NCBI GenBank assembly: GCA_002633005.1
Contig: NMRA01000007.1
Coordinates: forward strand, 1,908,569-1,972,568
Direction of reading: 5' to 3'
Origin: Phoronis australis
Taxonomy: Eukaryota; Animalia; Phoronida
DNA length: 64,000 nucleotides
Below, piece after piece: positions 1-12,041 of the stretch. A program made the position numbers and the translations under genes. Position 1 is the first letter of the stretch, and every line of letters begins with the position of its first letter. The notes under the pieces are model-generated. The model had not been told where the DNA came from, searched no databases, and saw nothing but the letters and a program-made list of their open reading frames with translations.

Positions 1-214
1 AAACGGAGTGCAAAAATCGTTAATTCAAACCACAAACTATATCGGTAATCTGGCGTTCTCTATGAAATAGCATTCATGAATGACCTTTAAAATACTCCCA
101 AAGTAACTTTTATGCTAAATCATTTGAGTAAAATTAGGTCTATCGTTTTCGTTACAACACCGCGGCGGGGTCGAGGCCTTCTAAGAAATACACTGAAAAC
201 ATACGGCTCAACAA

Positions 215-366
215 GGGTAGAGTTCAGTAACGCTAGAACCTCGCTAAAAAGCAAGACTTCGTGGAGGTTACATGAGATGTTGCCGTGTATTTTAAATGAA
301 AACATGTGATTTTGGCTACATTTTAGCGAGGTCCTAGCGTAGGTCTTAGCGTACTGAACTCTATCC
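215..366. mobile_element. MITE-like element with terminal inverted repeats
   Basis: GGGTAGAGTTCAGTAACGCTAGAACCTCGCTAAAA (215-249) is inverted at 321-366 (TTTTAGCGAGGTCCTAGCGT..TACTGAACTCTATCC). Confidence 0.65.
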
Positions 367-1429
367 AGGGTCGTGTTCTAAGTTTTCCTTAAAAGAATAC
401 TTAACCCGATTTTAGGTAAACAGCAGACTGATACTAATTACCTTGCTAAATTGAGAAGTGTAACTAACGGTTCAAGTCAGACACAGGACAAAGACCTTCC
501 ATCTCAAAACGGACTATTCACTTAGTGGCGCAGTGGGGAAGTGTCTTATTTGAATAATTCTTCTATCGCTCAGGAGACCGGAAGTACCGGTGGTGCATCA
601 GCAGATGACCGAAACAGCAATTGGTGGGATCACCAAAACCGGGCTTAGAAAAATTTTATTATTAGTTGACTTATTTAAATTGCTATTTTTTAATTTTCCT
701 TGAAGTTGTTCTTTCCGCTTCATTTCAGTTAAAAAAAATGATTAGACGGATTTTAGCACAAGTTAATTCTCTCGAAACGTAAGACCAAATAACGCTCACT
801 CAAGGCAACTCCAAATATTTTCAAACTTACCTGAATTTAATATAAGTTTTTACTTTAATTCATATTTTGGTGGTGCACCACCACCTAATATGGCCGCTGT
901 AGTGACTGACAGCTGGCACACGAATTATGGGTACTTACTTAACGGCCGTCAAAAATAAAAGTGCATAGTAAAATGAAGCTAGCATAAACAGGACTAGAAG
1001 TCACCAAATGTTTACATTTTAGTGATTTAAGTGACGAAAGTCATCCTGAGTTCTAAATTGGTGAACTTAAAGAAAATGGTATCTTTAAGGTCTTCTTATG
1101 TTAAGAAAAACCTTTTAAGATTTAAAAATTTTATCTTCAGTCCCGAAATTCACTCTCCTAATCCAACTAAGATATTCCTTAACTTTTGTTTAACTTTAAG
1201 GAAGCTTGACAATTCCTTTTCATATATTTGGTAACTTTTGAGACAAAATGGCCTCATGTGGTCGCGCTTTGTTTTTTTGAAATTTAAATTACGGAATAAG
1301 TGCCTTTGGATGAGCAGTCATCGAAAACCTCGTGTGTATTGGTTGGTCAGCGTTCTTGTAAAACTTGACGACTAAAACGAGACAAAGCAGGCAACTTGAT
1401 ATCATTATCTGCACTCATAGTCTGTAATT

Positions 1430-1496
1430 CATGGGCGGCGCAGCACTGAAAAAGTGGGGCTATAGCCCCCCAGCTCCCTGTGGTGCGCCGCCCATG
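1430..1496. mobile_element. Very short TIR element (MITE remnant)
   Basis: 13-bp perfect inverted ends CATGGGCGGCGCA / TGCGCCGCCCATG with an internal palindrome GGGGCTATAGCCCC. No target-site duplication seen. Confidence 0.55.
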
Positions 1497-1591
1497 TAAG
1501 TACTTGTGAAGCCTGTAATCATTCAGCACATTGTTTCGTGACAACGAAATAAAATTCTGATACTTCTGCACGAAGTGATTGGACTTCTTAC

Positions 1592-4500
1592 GACTAATTC
1601 CTTGAGCGACGCGCTATCAGCCATGCCAATCGCGATGGTGTTCGCTCCCTTCGGGGATAGGTGTGTGAATCGTATGTCCAGATGCTCCAACGTTTTGTTT
1701 TCCCGAAGAGCCTTCGTCATGGACACGGCACCCTCGTCACTAATTCCGTTGAAACCAAATTTGAAAATTCTGAGTCTGTTGTTCACCTATTCAAAAGTTG
1801 CAGCAGAGGTTTGAAAGAACGCGTTCCACATGTTACTTTATGAGAAAAGCAGGTAAAAGGAGATGATTTTACTACTTTAAGATAAATTTGAAACAAAGGA
1901 CACAAATTATTTATCACTAATAAAGTGCATTTCCAAACAAATTAGGTTGTTACTAGGAACAGTGTTCGTAACATTATTCGAGAGATTTCTGAACACATGT
2001 TAAAAGGATGCTAAACACCGTTTTGATGATTTCAATCAATCCTCATTGTGTCATTAGCTAATGCGTCATTGGCGTCAATTTTGAAAAAAAAGCTGGAATC
2101 AACTAAAAATTCATAAACTATATGTCACAGATTTGATTTTACAGTTTTTCCTGTGTGATCTTTCCCACGGTTGCCGTGTAATTCGCTAAAAGCGTAGGTT
2201 ACGCTTACCCTTTTAGAATACTTTAAAGGGAGTTGTCAAATTTTCAGGGTAACAGAGAATTATCTAGATGGGAAAGAGTTCTATTATAATATCTGTTACT
2301 AGGACAAAAAAAGGTTTGGTATCCTTTTAATTCACGATTACAAACCTGAAATATTTCCTAGTCCTATATTGGTAGGCACATTGATTACAAAGAGAAATCT
2401 ATCTGTTAAAAGTGAGTTTATTCTGGTTGGACCAATTACCGATAAGCCTTTGCAGAGGTTCTGTACTCCACGAAGTCGGAATTCATTCCAGCTTAGATCC
2501 AAGTACTCTAAAGTGTCGTTTTCAGCTGAAATAAAAGTTATCAGCAGAAATAACGGGCAACAGACGTCGCAAATGGTATCTTCAGTAACAGAGAATTTTA
2601 GTTCAAATTGTGCAAATGAAATTTTGACTGGCCTTAAAGCATAGTTTTTATAACGTATTTACTGAGAATTATAAACTGAGGTTTAATACGGTGGGCAATT
2701 TTTGCATTAGTTCATTGAAAAGCATTTAATATATATATACTCGGGATATTTACCCAAAACCCTGCCAAACTCATGCGATGCTCTATTGCCAAATTCGTTC
2801 TCACTCAAATCTAGCCACGAAGTTCGGGAGTTTTCCTAAAATGAAAAATGTTATCAAGCTGCCTGAGTGGTGAGAAATTTCCATGTCTCCTTATTGCAGT
2901 TCAGCCATCTCAAAGAGGAAAAACGAAGTTTTATGATAGTTCTGACAATATTTACATCCATTGTAAATTCACCCAATAAAAGACAACTTTGATTTCAGGT
3001 CGTGAATACTTCTTATCGTTTTTCAGTACACGTAGTCTTAACAAGCTCACACATATTGTAGTTTCTCACGTTGAAAGCAATAATCTTGTGCACAAAAAGG
3101 AATAGCCATTGGAGTTGATGACCTTCACCCACTATTGAATAGTTGTGTATAATTAACCGAAACATTCTCGTCCTCCTGTAATAAGGAGTACGAACAGGGA
3201 ATCCCGATTTTTTGTGTTAAGTTTTAGGCTGCATATTCATAAACTAGCGTTTTTAGTCTCCCAAGCTCTTGGAATATCGGCTACACCACACCATTTCTGA
3301 AATAGGCTGGTGAATCACTAAGTGGTCTGTGGGAAACACCGTGTGTTGTGATGTTTGGATAATTATACTCTTCCTATCCTATTCTTTTTGGAAATACAAT
3401 GTGAAAATGGACATGTTCGTCACCATAAGCTTTCGTTTTAATGTCAGTGCTCATTTCGAGAAGACATACAATTGAATAGTTGAACATTATTATTCCAATA
3501 CAAAAATAACCAGTTGGTCAACTTACTTACTTACTAGTTAAAGATCAGTTTTCAGAAATTTCCAGTACCAGATGCCAGTGATTAAAAGACATCGAGGACA
3601 ACCCCAGACAGAGAGCTACGATCTTTAGATTACTGTTGAAACGTCGTTCTCAAACTTGCGTGTGCCATCATTTCCTCGAGGGAAACGTTTTAGCCAAATT
3701 TCATGAAATTTCACCGCAGAAATCTAGTTGCCTGGCCCAAATGAATGACAACTGAATATTGACTGCTCAAGACAGGGCTAGAACATGCGACCATAACCGT
3801 ATGAACTAACCGCTAGTTCATTTAGCTGCTCTCGCTTTGACTCACGTGAAATGTCAGCTCAATTATACGTCATTTGAGGCAGATAGCTCAGCTCTTAGCT
3901 CTCCGTCTTCGGTGGCCCTAGCTTATTGACCCATTTTAAGAAGAATTAGTCAATTCAGTCTTTATAACCCCGCTATGGAAACATTTTCCAGCTTCTTACT
4001 ATAAGTGAATTTGCCAAGGAATGCGAGTCCTTGTCCTTGAAGTTGTTTCCCGCCAAGTTCAGTTTCATTAGAGTCGCATTTGACATCAGCAACTCGGATA
4101 TGGCTCGACAACCAGCCGATCCAATGTTGTTGTGCGCCAGATTCTGAAATTAACATCATCACCAGACATCTCAAGAATAACTGAAAAATAGTTCGTGTTT
4201 TGCTATCTAAATTCGTGGATAAAGCATTCTTAATATGTTTGTGCGCCAAAACTTAAGCTGCATTTCGAAGGTGTTCTGCTGGCAATGCTGAGTTGCATGT
4301 ATAACGGAAGCGATTTGGGGTTCGTAATCACGCTCACCTGACTTTGAACCGTTGCCGATTATACCGCAAATCAAGTTACACGCAATCAATTTTCAAATTC
4401 ATAAATTTTCCATTGTCTAACTTCAATAATTCCTGAGGCGTTTTCTTGTTGGTAACGGAAATAGAATTCTGCCACACGTAAGGAACATAACTATTTCGTG

Positions 4501-7500
4501 AAAGTAAAAGGCCTAATTAGATTTTCGCCTTTTAGGTAGTTAAACAGGGCGAAATGAAGCTTTGAATTTTAACTTATTGATCTGCAAGATATGTTATATG
4601 TACGTAAAGCTTTCAGCACCAAAATTCAAAATAAAATTCAATATTTGGGTGAACTTGTCAGTCAGATAAGATGTCGACAGCTGAAAGGAAATGTCACTTA
4701 CCAATTCGGTGATGTAAATGTTTTCCTTCATCATGTCCGTTACATACAGCGCCCCCATGGGTCCGATCCAGTTATCTTCTATGTCGAGCACGTTAATTAC
4801 AGTGTTGCTCTAAAAACACAGTTTTTCAAAAAGAATACATGTGGACGCACTTTTTTCTGAGACCATCGCAGATAACGCGATTCATCTCATGGTCGACTGT
4901 TCAGATAGGTCTCGTGAGCAGTAGTGTGCGGCTGGCTTTAAGATAAGCTTGAGGCGTTCCTATGACAATGATTATGGTGGTAGTGGTGGTGACGGTGGCT
5001 GTGGAGATGTTTTGATATTAAAACAGATGCTATACCGATGCTGAGGACGACGGGGAATTAAAATCCTCCATATTACATTAACAACATTTGATCAGTACCA
5101 TTTAAATTTGAAGATTTTTTCATGCACAGGCTTTTTAATGTGGTGGGCTGTTGAGTAACGCTACGGCGCCACAAAACAAGCTCAACAGTCTTCCTTCAAT
5201 GGTTGCATGCAGTGTTGACAATTTTTTTTTTCATCTTACCAGAAGAGACACGGACATAGCTTTCACACCGTTTGGTCCGAGGCCGTGGTGTTTCATGATG
5301 ACGTTCTCCGTTTGCATATGTCGGATAAAATAAGAAGATGGCACTACGCCAAATCTGTTGCACGCGTCCTTATACAGTGTAATACCAGTGCCGTCATAGG
5401 ATCGTACTTTCCGTATTTCTGAAACGGAACACATTTTGTGTTCTTGAATTTTAGATATCGTTGTAAGACTGTAATGGGAGCAGGCCTGTTTCCCCTCAGA
5501 TTTAAGCTTCATGTCGAATAATTGACTTCTATCTTTTTACTTCAAATTGTTGAATATTCCTCAGTATATTTTGAAAATAATAAAATCGATCTTACACACT
5601 TTGCTGCTTCTTTAGAGAACATTAGATTAAATTAAAGTCGCGTTGCCTACTGTTAAAAACATCAAATCTTCTGTTATATCTTGGTCCGATGTCTCATTTC
5701 AGCCCTCAAAACTGGGCTAGAAAGTTCTTTAAACTTTTTTAAAAGTTTCTTCTCGAGTCAAGTCGGAAAACAGAATCTGGGCCCTGTTCGTTCTTTCCGT
5801 GCGTAGTTAACTCAGCAATAAGGCAAGCCATGTTGTACCTATGGTTAATATTGGTGTAATAGTAGGCTGATGTTTTGGGACAAAAAGGTAAGCACACAGG
5901 TGCAATACAAGGAAACTGCTGAAAATTGAAGTCGCTTTGGAAAACCCCTACCTTCATCGGCTTTTTCTAAATCAGTATCGTACCCTTCTTCGTCCAGCTC
6001 ATCTCCTTCAAGTTCATTGACATGTGTTGAAGGAGTTACATCCTCAGGTTCTCTGAAGGTGTGAGAGAATACTACCAGGTCTTTCAAGACACAAAATGTC
6101 GTCAAATTAACAAAGCTTTAAATAATGTTTTACTGCGAATCTACAGAATTATCAACCATACAGAGAGTAAAGGCCAGCGCTCACGATAAGATTTTTGTAG
6201 AGAAATCTCACGATTATTCATTGTCGAAAATTTGTCTCGTCATTGAACCAGCAAACGCAATTCAGTTTTTGTCGCGAACAAATGCTCATTGTGACATCGC
6301 CAGCGACGAAAAATCGTACCATGTGCGCTGGCTTTTATCCAGTACGCGTTAGATAACAGCGAGACTGGAGACGCGATGGGAATGCTGCAATGCTATGTGG
6401 AGGACTTACTCATCTCTGACCCTCATTGTGTTGCATAGAGATGACGTCAAATTTAATGAAGGTTTAACATTTTCATTTTCAGGCTCGTTAATGTGAATTT
6501 TTTCCGTTTTGCCCGTCTGCCGTACTTTAAATATGTTAAAGTTCAGTCGCATGTTCATTATTGCCACGTCGACGCTTCATTTTTGTAAGGGCGAAACATT
6601 ACTGCAGACGTAAACGGAATCGTAGTTTACATATTTTAAATTAAAGGCCCACCTTCCTATGTCAATTAATTATTTCACAATACAAAATCAAGCTACGACC
6701 ATATTTATTACATTTGATAAAACAAGTCCCTGACAACTTACTTTGGTATTGGCTGCAGGTCGAACGCCTCTACACTAACTTGGATCGTAGATGACGTCTC
6801 ACCGTGGAAACCAGCAGGAATCGATTCAACCTGAAGAAATGTCAGTGAACAGAGACTCGCGTGACATTGACATCTATTCAATCTAGCAATACATAAAAGT
6901 GCTAAGAATGGATAAAATCAAGAAATGTCCACGTGCGCCTTCAAATGAAGTTCAGGTGTGCTTATATGTGAAACATTTGGGTAAAACATCTCTTTGAAAA
7001 CGCATCATTTCGGATGAAGGCGCATGAGACCGTGACTAAATACGCGCATGTGCCACCGACAAGTTTAGAGATACGTGTTGTAGACGTTTGGTAATCTCAA
7101 GTAACTTTAAGACGAGGAAAACGTCATGTCGTGCTAGATTAGCTGTCAACCATATTCTGACTCTTAGCTGTTTATATTTATTTGACTTGTCTTATCGGCA
7201 AGGACTGATACCATCACACCAATGGGGGAACCGAGTGCGGCTCAGTACGGGGTTCCAGCACGCGCGAAGGCTGCAGCTTGAGATTTAAATGAACCAGTTG
7301 TTGCGTTGTTGAATATAGACTAGGAAATAAGTGATCAGTCTCTTATTGTCCGAGGAAAAAGGAATATTTGCAGGCGTCTGTTCTGGTATTGATGAGCTGT
7401 TTGGTTGCTCCTGCGAGTTGTCTTATTAGTACCAAATACTTTGTACTGTTAGCACGCCATCTTTTTGGTCACATCACGCGACCTAATGAATATAAGTCCG

Positions 7501-7851
7501 AAGTTTTCTGGCTTTGACCGGGACTCCATCACTGGACCTTCTGCTAACCGTGCAGACGCTCTAGCCACTGAGCCATCGGGACCACTGGTCAAACACAGAA
7601 ATCCAATTAGACTTAGGAGTGGGCATACTCCATTGTGTGTAGAAATATATCTTCTTCAGTAAGGAGTGGAAATATGTTGCAGTCTTAATGTCTGATGATA
7701 GAATTCCAATGCTGGCAAAACATAAATTAGCCAACCTTCATTATAGATAATGGGAAAACATGCAAGTGTCATAAGTGTAGAAAAACGTTCTTACATTGTA
7801 TAGTTCCACAGTTTGTACATCAGCTTTCGAACTTTCTTGAATCGTTTCCAT
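1592..7851 (-). CDS. Leucine-rich repeat-containing protein 74A/B-like (RI-like LRRs), 5' part; the 3' exons were not found and probably lie before position 1
   Basis: Phase-compatible GT-AG exons on the minus strand: 7795-7851 (METIQESSK..), 6742-6830, 5952-6052 (..DEEGYDTDLE..), 5240-5418 (LYKDACNRFGVVPSSYFIRHMQTENVIMKHHGLGPNGVKAMSVSLL), 4702-4809 (SNTVINVLDIEDNWIGPMGALYVTDMMKENIYITEL), 4000-4143 (NLAHNNIGSAGCRAISELL..), 2754-2835, 2440-2525 (LDLSWNEFRLRG), 1592-1786. The YDTDLE, ACxxxGVVPxSYFIR and HHGLGPxG motifs match my recollection of LRRC74A/B. The first two exons are less certain. Confidence 0.85.
6171..6334. mobile_element. PIF/Harbinger-type MITE
   Basis: TIRs AGGCCAGCGCTCACGATAAGATTTTT / AAAAATCGTACCATGTGCGCTGGCTT flanked by TAA and TTA, fitting a TWA target. 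Confidence 0.7.
7464..7583 (-). mobile_element. tRNA-derived SINE head, copy 1
   Basis: Minus strand has A-box TGGCTCAGTGG, stem TCTGC-ACGGTTA-GCAGA and a degenerate B-box. Homologous to 24971-25050. Confidence 0.6.
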
Positions 7852-7950
7852 TTTGTTTCCGTAATTGAAGAAAAAACTGTTTTCATCGTATGCATACATC
7901 CACGTGTACGCAAGATTTAAAACATTCTGGCGGCCTATTCAAGTCTAAAA

Positions 7951-8237
7951 GCCCTGTCCACACGATTGCGTTTTCAATTTCAAAACGTAACATTTCCTTT
8001 GCGTTAAAAATATCCACACCAATACGCCAAATATACGATCGTGCCGTTCTCGCTTCCAGAAAGCTGCGCTTTCATCCATCCACAGCCTCAAATTGCATAA
8101 GGCATTATTAAAAATACACTCTCATGGAAATCGTTTTCAAAAAGTTGTTTTGGTTGCCATTTTTACCGAAAACGAGAGGGTTGAAGGTGAATCCCTAAAG
8201 AAAAAAATATTTGAAAACGGAATCGTATGGGGAGGGT
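7951..8237. mobile_element. MITE with degenerate TIRs, upstream of the LRRC74-like start
   Basis: GCCCTGTCCACACGATTGCGTTTTCAA versus the reverse complement of the right end, ACCCTCCCCATACGATTCCGTTTTCAA. Confidence 0.6.
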
Positions 8238-8732
8238 ATTAGTTTTATAATACCGACTATCCTACATGTTCAGTCAATGCCATTATAGTGATCGGATCAC
8301 TATAGCTGGTGTACCAAATATGTTCTAAAATTCTACGGAGTGTAATTTCAATGTATGAACACGAAAAATTTCTATATATTCTTTGTTACAGTGACATTAA
8401 GTATAAAAATTATGAGACTCGAGCTTTAATTTATAAAAAATATCGATTAAAACAAAACATGGTACGGGTGGCTGAAGATAAAATTAATCAGTAAATCAGT
8501 TAGCACAGGGACTGCATGGATCAAATCACGGTCATTAGGCAAGTAGCTAATTTTCTAGTAAATTTCGGAATCATCAAAACTCATCGCATGAACGCAAACA
8601 TTGCGGAATCATTAGATGCGTTCACTCGAATAAAAAAGGCAAGTATGAATGGGGCTAAAGCCGGGGAATCACTAGAATCTTTTTGCTGCAATAAATAATT
8701 ACCAAAACACATACAGATTTTCAAATTATATT

Positions 8733-8738
8733 TTTATT
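8733..8738 (-). terminator. Putative ATG2 polyadenylation signal (AATAAA)
   Basis: AATAAA on the minus strand followed about 20 nt later by the GT-rich TGTATGTGTTTTGG. It would give a 3' UTR of about 3.3 kb. Another AATAAA lies near 10398-10403. Confidence 0.4.
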
Positions 8739-11118
8739 CAGTAACGCATTCAATGCACAAAATAGCAACTAAATAACAATTCTGATACACACTTATATTG
8801 TGCAGCTGCATAGAACTTTAAAAATAGTAAGCCTAAAGCCAATAGGAGGCAATCTAATCATTTGTGACAGAGATATTACATGACAAATGCGGAGATATTT
8901 TAATCCAGCATCCCGCTGAATTTCACAGCTGGACACAATGTGAACAACAGCTGTCACACTGGTTTCTTTTCGGTTGAGTTTCACAGCTCACAAAAAAAGT
9001 CTCTAGCAGTATTTAATACAGGGCAAGTGATCACAAGTTTTATCACACCAGACACATCCTCATCACTATCAATACAGGATCCGTAAGTGAACAAAGTGAT
9101 CAGCCAAAGCCTTGAAGTTGCACGATCATGATTCTCACAGACTGACGGTCACCTTTCATTCTAACTTTACGTTGGATTTAGAAGCCCAGGATGGAAATCA
9201 ATGCAATCACACACAACCCCACCATCAGAGTGACAAAATCGGAGATACTTAAAGTGGCATTAAATTCGTCGGCGCTTTACCTCAAAAAAGCTTTCATTGA
9301 GGCCACTTATTGTTATATCTGACTAAAGAACAATTTAAGATCAAAATCAATAACAGTAAGTGATCTAAATCAAAAGTTTCTTTTTGTGTGATGACAGGTA
9401 AGCTTATACAACAAAAACTTTGAGTGTCATTAAACCTCTTTGTCTGTTACTGAGTAGTGTAGCGTCCTGTAACGCAAGACACCCCCGAGAGGACAGTCCT
9501 GCGGCAAGAAATCTTCACTTATGCAACAAGGCAGTAAATACATTAATCCCCGCCGAAAGTTTACTGTGCAGGAGTTGTGCAGACAGCATTTCCCAACATG
9601 CTGTGCGAAATTAAAGAAGGGCTCGTAATTCATCGTGAAATTTTAAAACAAACTGCAAGTGCCAAAGATACAAAGTACCGCGATATATGTGTAACCGCAA
9701 GCATACTTTTTCAAAGTTTTGTCGAAATCCTCTGAAAAATATAAAGGTTCCACAAAGAATGATATTTCCCCACATGGACAGGTGAAAGAATGAGCCAAAA
9801 TTCAAAAATATACTGTAGAATGGAGAAATGCAGATGAAATGCGTCACAGCTCCTTTGTATACGTATACATTTTGAAAATTTGGTCAAAATCCCCTTTGAA
9901 TTGTCTAAGTCGAGTAAAGAAGACCCAAGAACTCACATAGGTAATGACAGAATGACGCCTATGTTCCCACTTGGGCTATGGATCACTGCCAACATGAATT
10001 TTTCCCATAATTCTATTCTCGCTGACAAAGCACTTCAGCAGAAGCCATTTTGGAAGTCTATGATAGGAATTTTCTGAGCCTACTTGCAAAACACTCCTCC
10101 TTCATTTGTGATAGTTTTCGTAGTTTTCCGAGATCTCACTTTTCTGGAAAACAAATTGCCCAACAAAACGTACACCAGATACCTCGAAATCGGTTTCAAA
10201 CAAAAATCAAAATCTCATAAAAACTTGATGAATAGATTTACACAATCCTCACACACATCAAAAGCATACACTACAGATACACATCAGAACATGAGGAAAA
10301 GATCGACTACATCGACAACAAAAATCTTATGTACAGTGGCAATTTGATATTCTCTAATGAAGTAATGGCAACAGACTTACATTTTTCACACATTTCACTT
10401 TATTGCACTCCAACACTATAAGCTCAATTTTGCACAAACATTAAAAGCGAAAGAACTGAAAGCCAGCATGTTTAGCTGGGGGCCATCTTCGTAGTTACCG
10501 AATGAACAAGCTCAAAAAGCAACAAATGCAGACAACTGAGACAGGGTACACTGTTATCAATGAAATTTCACAAAATCAAATAGTCCTGAATCACGACAGG
10601 AAGCCTAATTTAACACAATACCATTAGTTATGCAAATTGCTATGCATATTTACAAAGTGGTTGTGTCTTATAACCAGATAATGGTAAGGTAATTATGGTG
10701 TGGAACAATATGTCTAATTTTTCAAGGTGTTACAGGTCTTATTTAGCAAAGTTACTAGCTGAGAATGTACCTCTTAAGTTTGAGACAGGGAGAATTCGGG
10801 GCATTCCTTAGATGGAAGAGAATATAAACATAAACCAAATTGAAAATTAAAAATTGTTTAGTTTTCGTGAGTGAGAAATTCTTCCTTTTAAAAAAACAGT
10901 CTGACCATAGAGTCTCTCAGTCAGAAGTCTCATGATAAATTTCTGACAAGGGTGGGAAACAAATGAAAGAGTTGTACGTATTTTGTACCTTTTAACTTAT
11001 CATTTTCTTTCTCAAGCAGTAGCTTGTAAGCCCTTGATGTTGGGGGTGAATGACTCTTTAATATTGTTGTTTATATTTTCTACTGCTTCAATCTTGTCGC
11101 TAAAATAAAATATATTAT

Positions 11119-11123
<5 letters not shown>

Positions 11124-11157
<34 letters not shown>

Positions 11158-11167
11158 TATATATATA
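11124..11167. repeat. (AT)n microsatellite
   Basis: Interrupted TA dinucleotide run. Confidence 0.9.
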
Positions 11168-11809
11168 ACCAGATAAATCTATCAATTGCATGATCCCCAG
11201 CACTTCTATCAAATCCAATGACTATTTTTCATACAAAAACAACTTCCTTGGTTTTGCATCTTTTTGACATCAATCGATTAGCTTAAATTGGGTGCACCAT
11301 TGGGTGCACCATTCAAACTCATCACAGTTCCTTTAATCAAATTTTATCACCTCTTTCCCTCCTAACTTACCCTACAGTTCACGTCTCAAAGACCTTACCT
11401 ATCCCCAACCAGCCCACTGAACTATATCCTATCCTTTCCCACATTCAGCCCATCAATCAAATATCTTCTCACTCAGCAGATCATTCCACCTAAGTCCAGT
11501 GCATCACCTCCTTCCTCCTTTATCTTTCCGCTGTACTTCAGCTACAGTACCTCTATTGGCACCATATATCCCCTCACATCTCCTTTGTCCTTTCATACAA
11601 ATAATCACATGCATACTAAAAAAATTAGGTGAAGATATACAAGACTTTGTCAATAACAGGTCACCTCGTTCTTCAATCTCCATCATCCACTAAAGAGTAG
11701 ATTAGATGCAGACCATTCAAAACACCCCTTAGCACCCAACCTAGGGTTTAGCTTCAGAACAAGTCTCCCTCCTTCTGTACATTCCTGTCTCATTGAAACT
11801 CTTCTACTT

Positions 11810-12041
11810 TCCACTTCCTCACATTTCAAGTCTTCCAGTGTCCACTTCCTCTCATTTCAAGTCTTCCAGTGTCCACTTCCTCTCATTTCAAGTCTTCCAG
11901 TGTCCACTTCCTCTCATTTCAAGTCTTCCAGTGTCCACTTCCTCTCATTTCAAGTCTTCCAGTGTCCACTTCCTCTCATTTCAAGTCTTCCAGAGACCAC
12001 TTCCTCTCATTTCAACTCCTCCAACTTCCACTTCCTCTCAT
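11810..12041. repeat. 31-bp tandem repeat overlapping the ATG2 stop codon
   Basis: Unit TCCACTTCCTCTCATTTCAAGTCTTCCAGTG. Six near-perfect copies at 11810-11995, a diverged copy at 11996-12026 containing the stop, and a partial copy to 12041. Confidence 0.95.

Noticed and set aside
441-940. Donor-like sites near 441 and 830 as further LRRC74-like exons
   Set aside because: The adjacent sequence gave no LRR-like translation in the frames I examined.
1306-1330. Hammerhead-like core (GATGAG..CGAAA)
   Set aside because: It lacks the CTGA core and pairing stems. Other CTGANGA hits inspected lacked a suitably placed GAAA.
7510-7583. tRNA gene
   Set aside because: The T-arm/B-box is degenerate, the anticodon loop lacks U33, and a second diverged copy shares the flank, so a SINE head fits better.
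11810-12041. CRISPR-like repeat length (31 bp)
   Set aside because: Units are contiguous with no spacers, there are no cas genes, and the context is eukaryotic.
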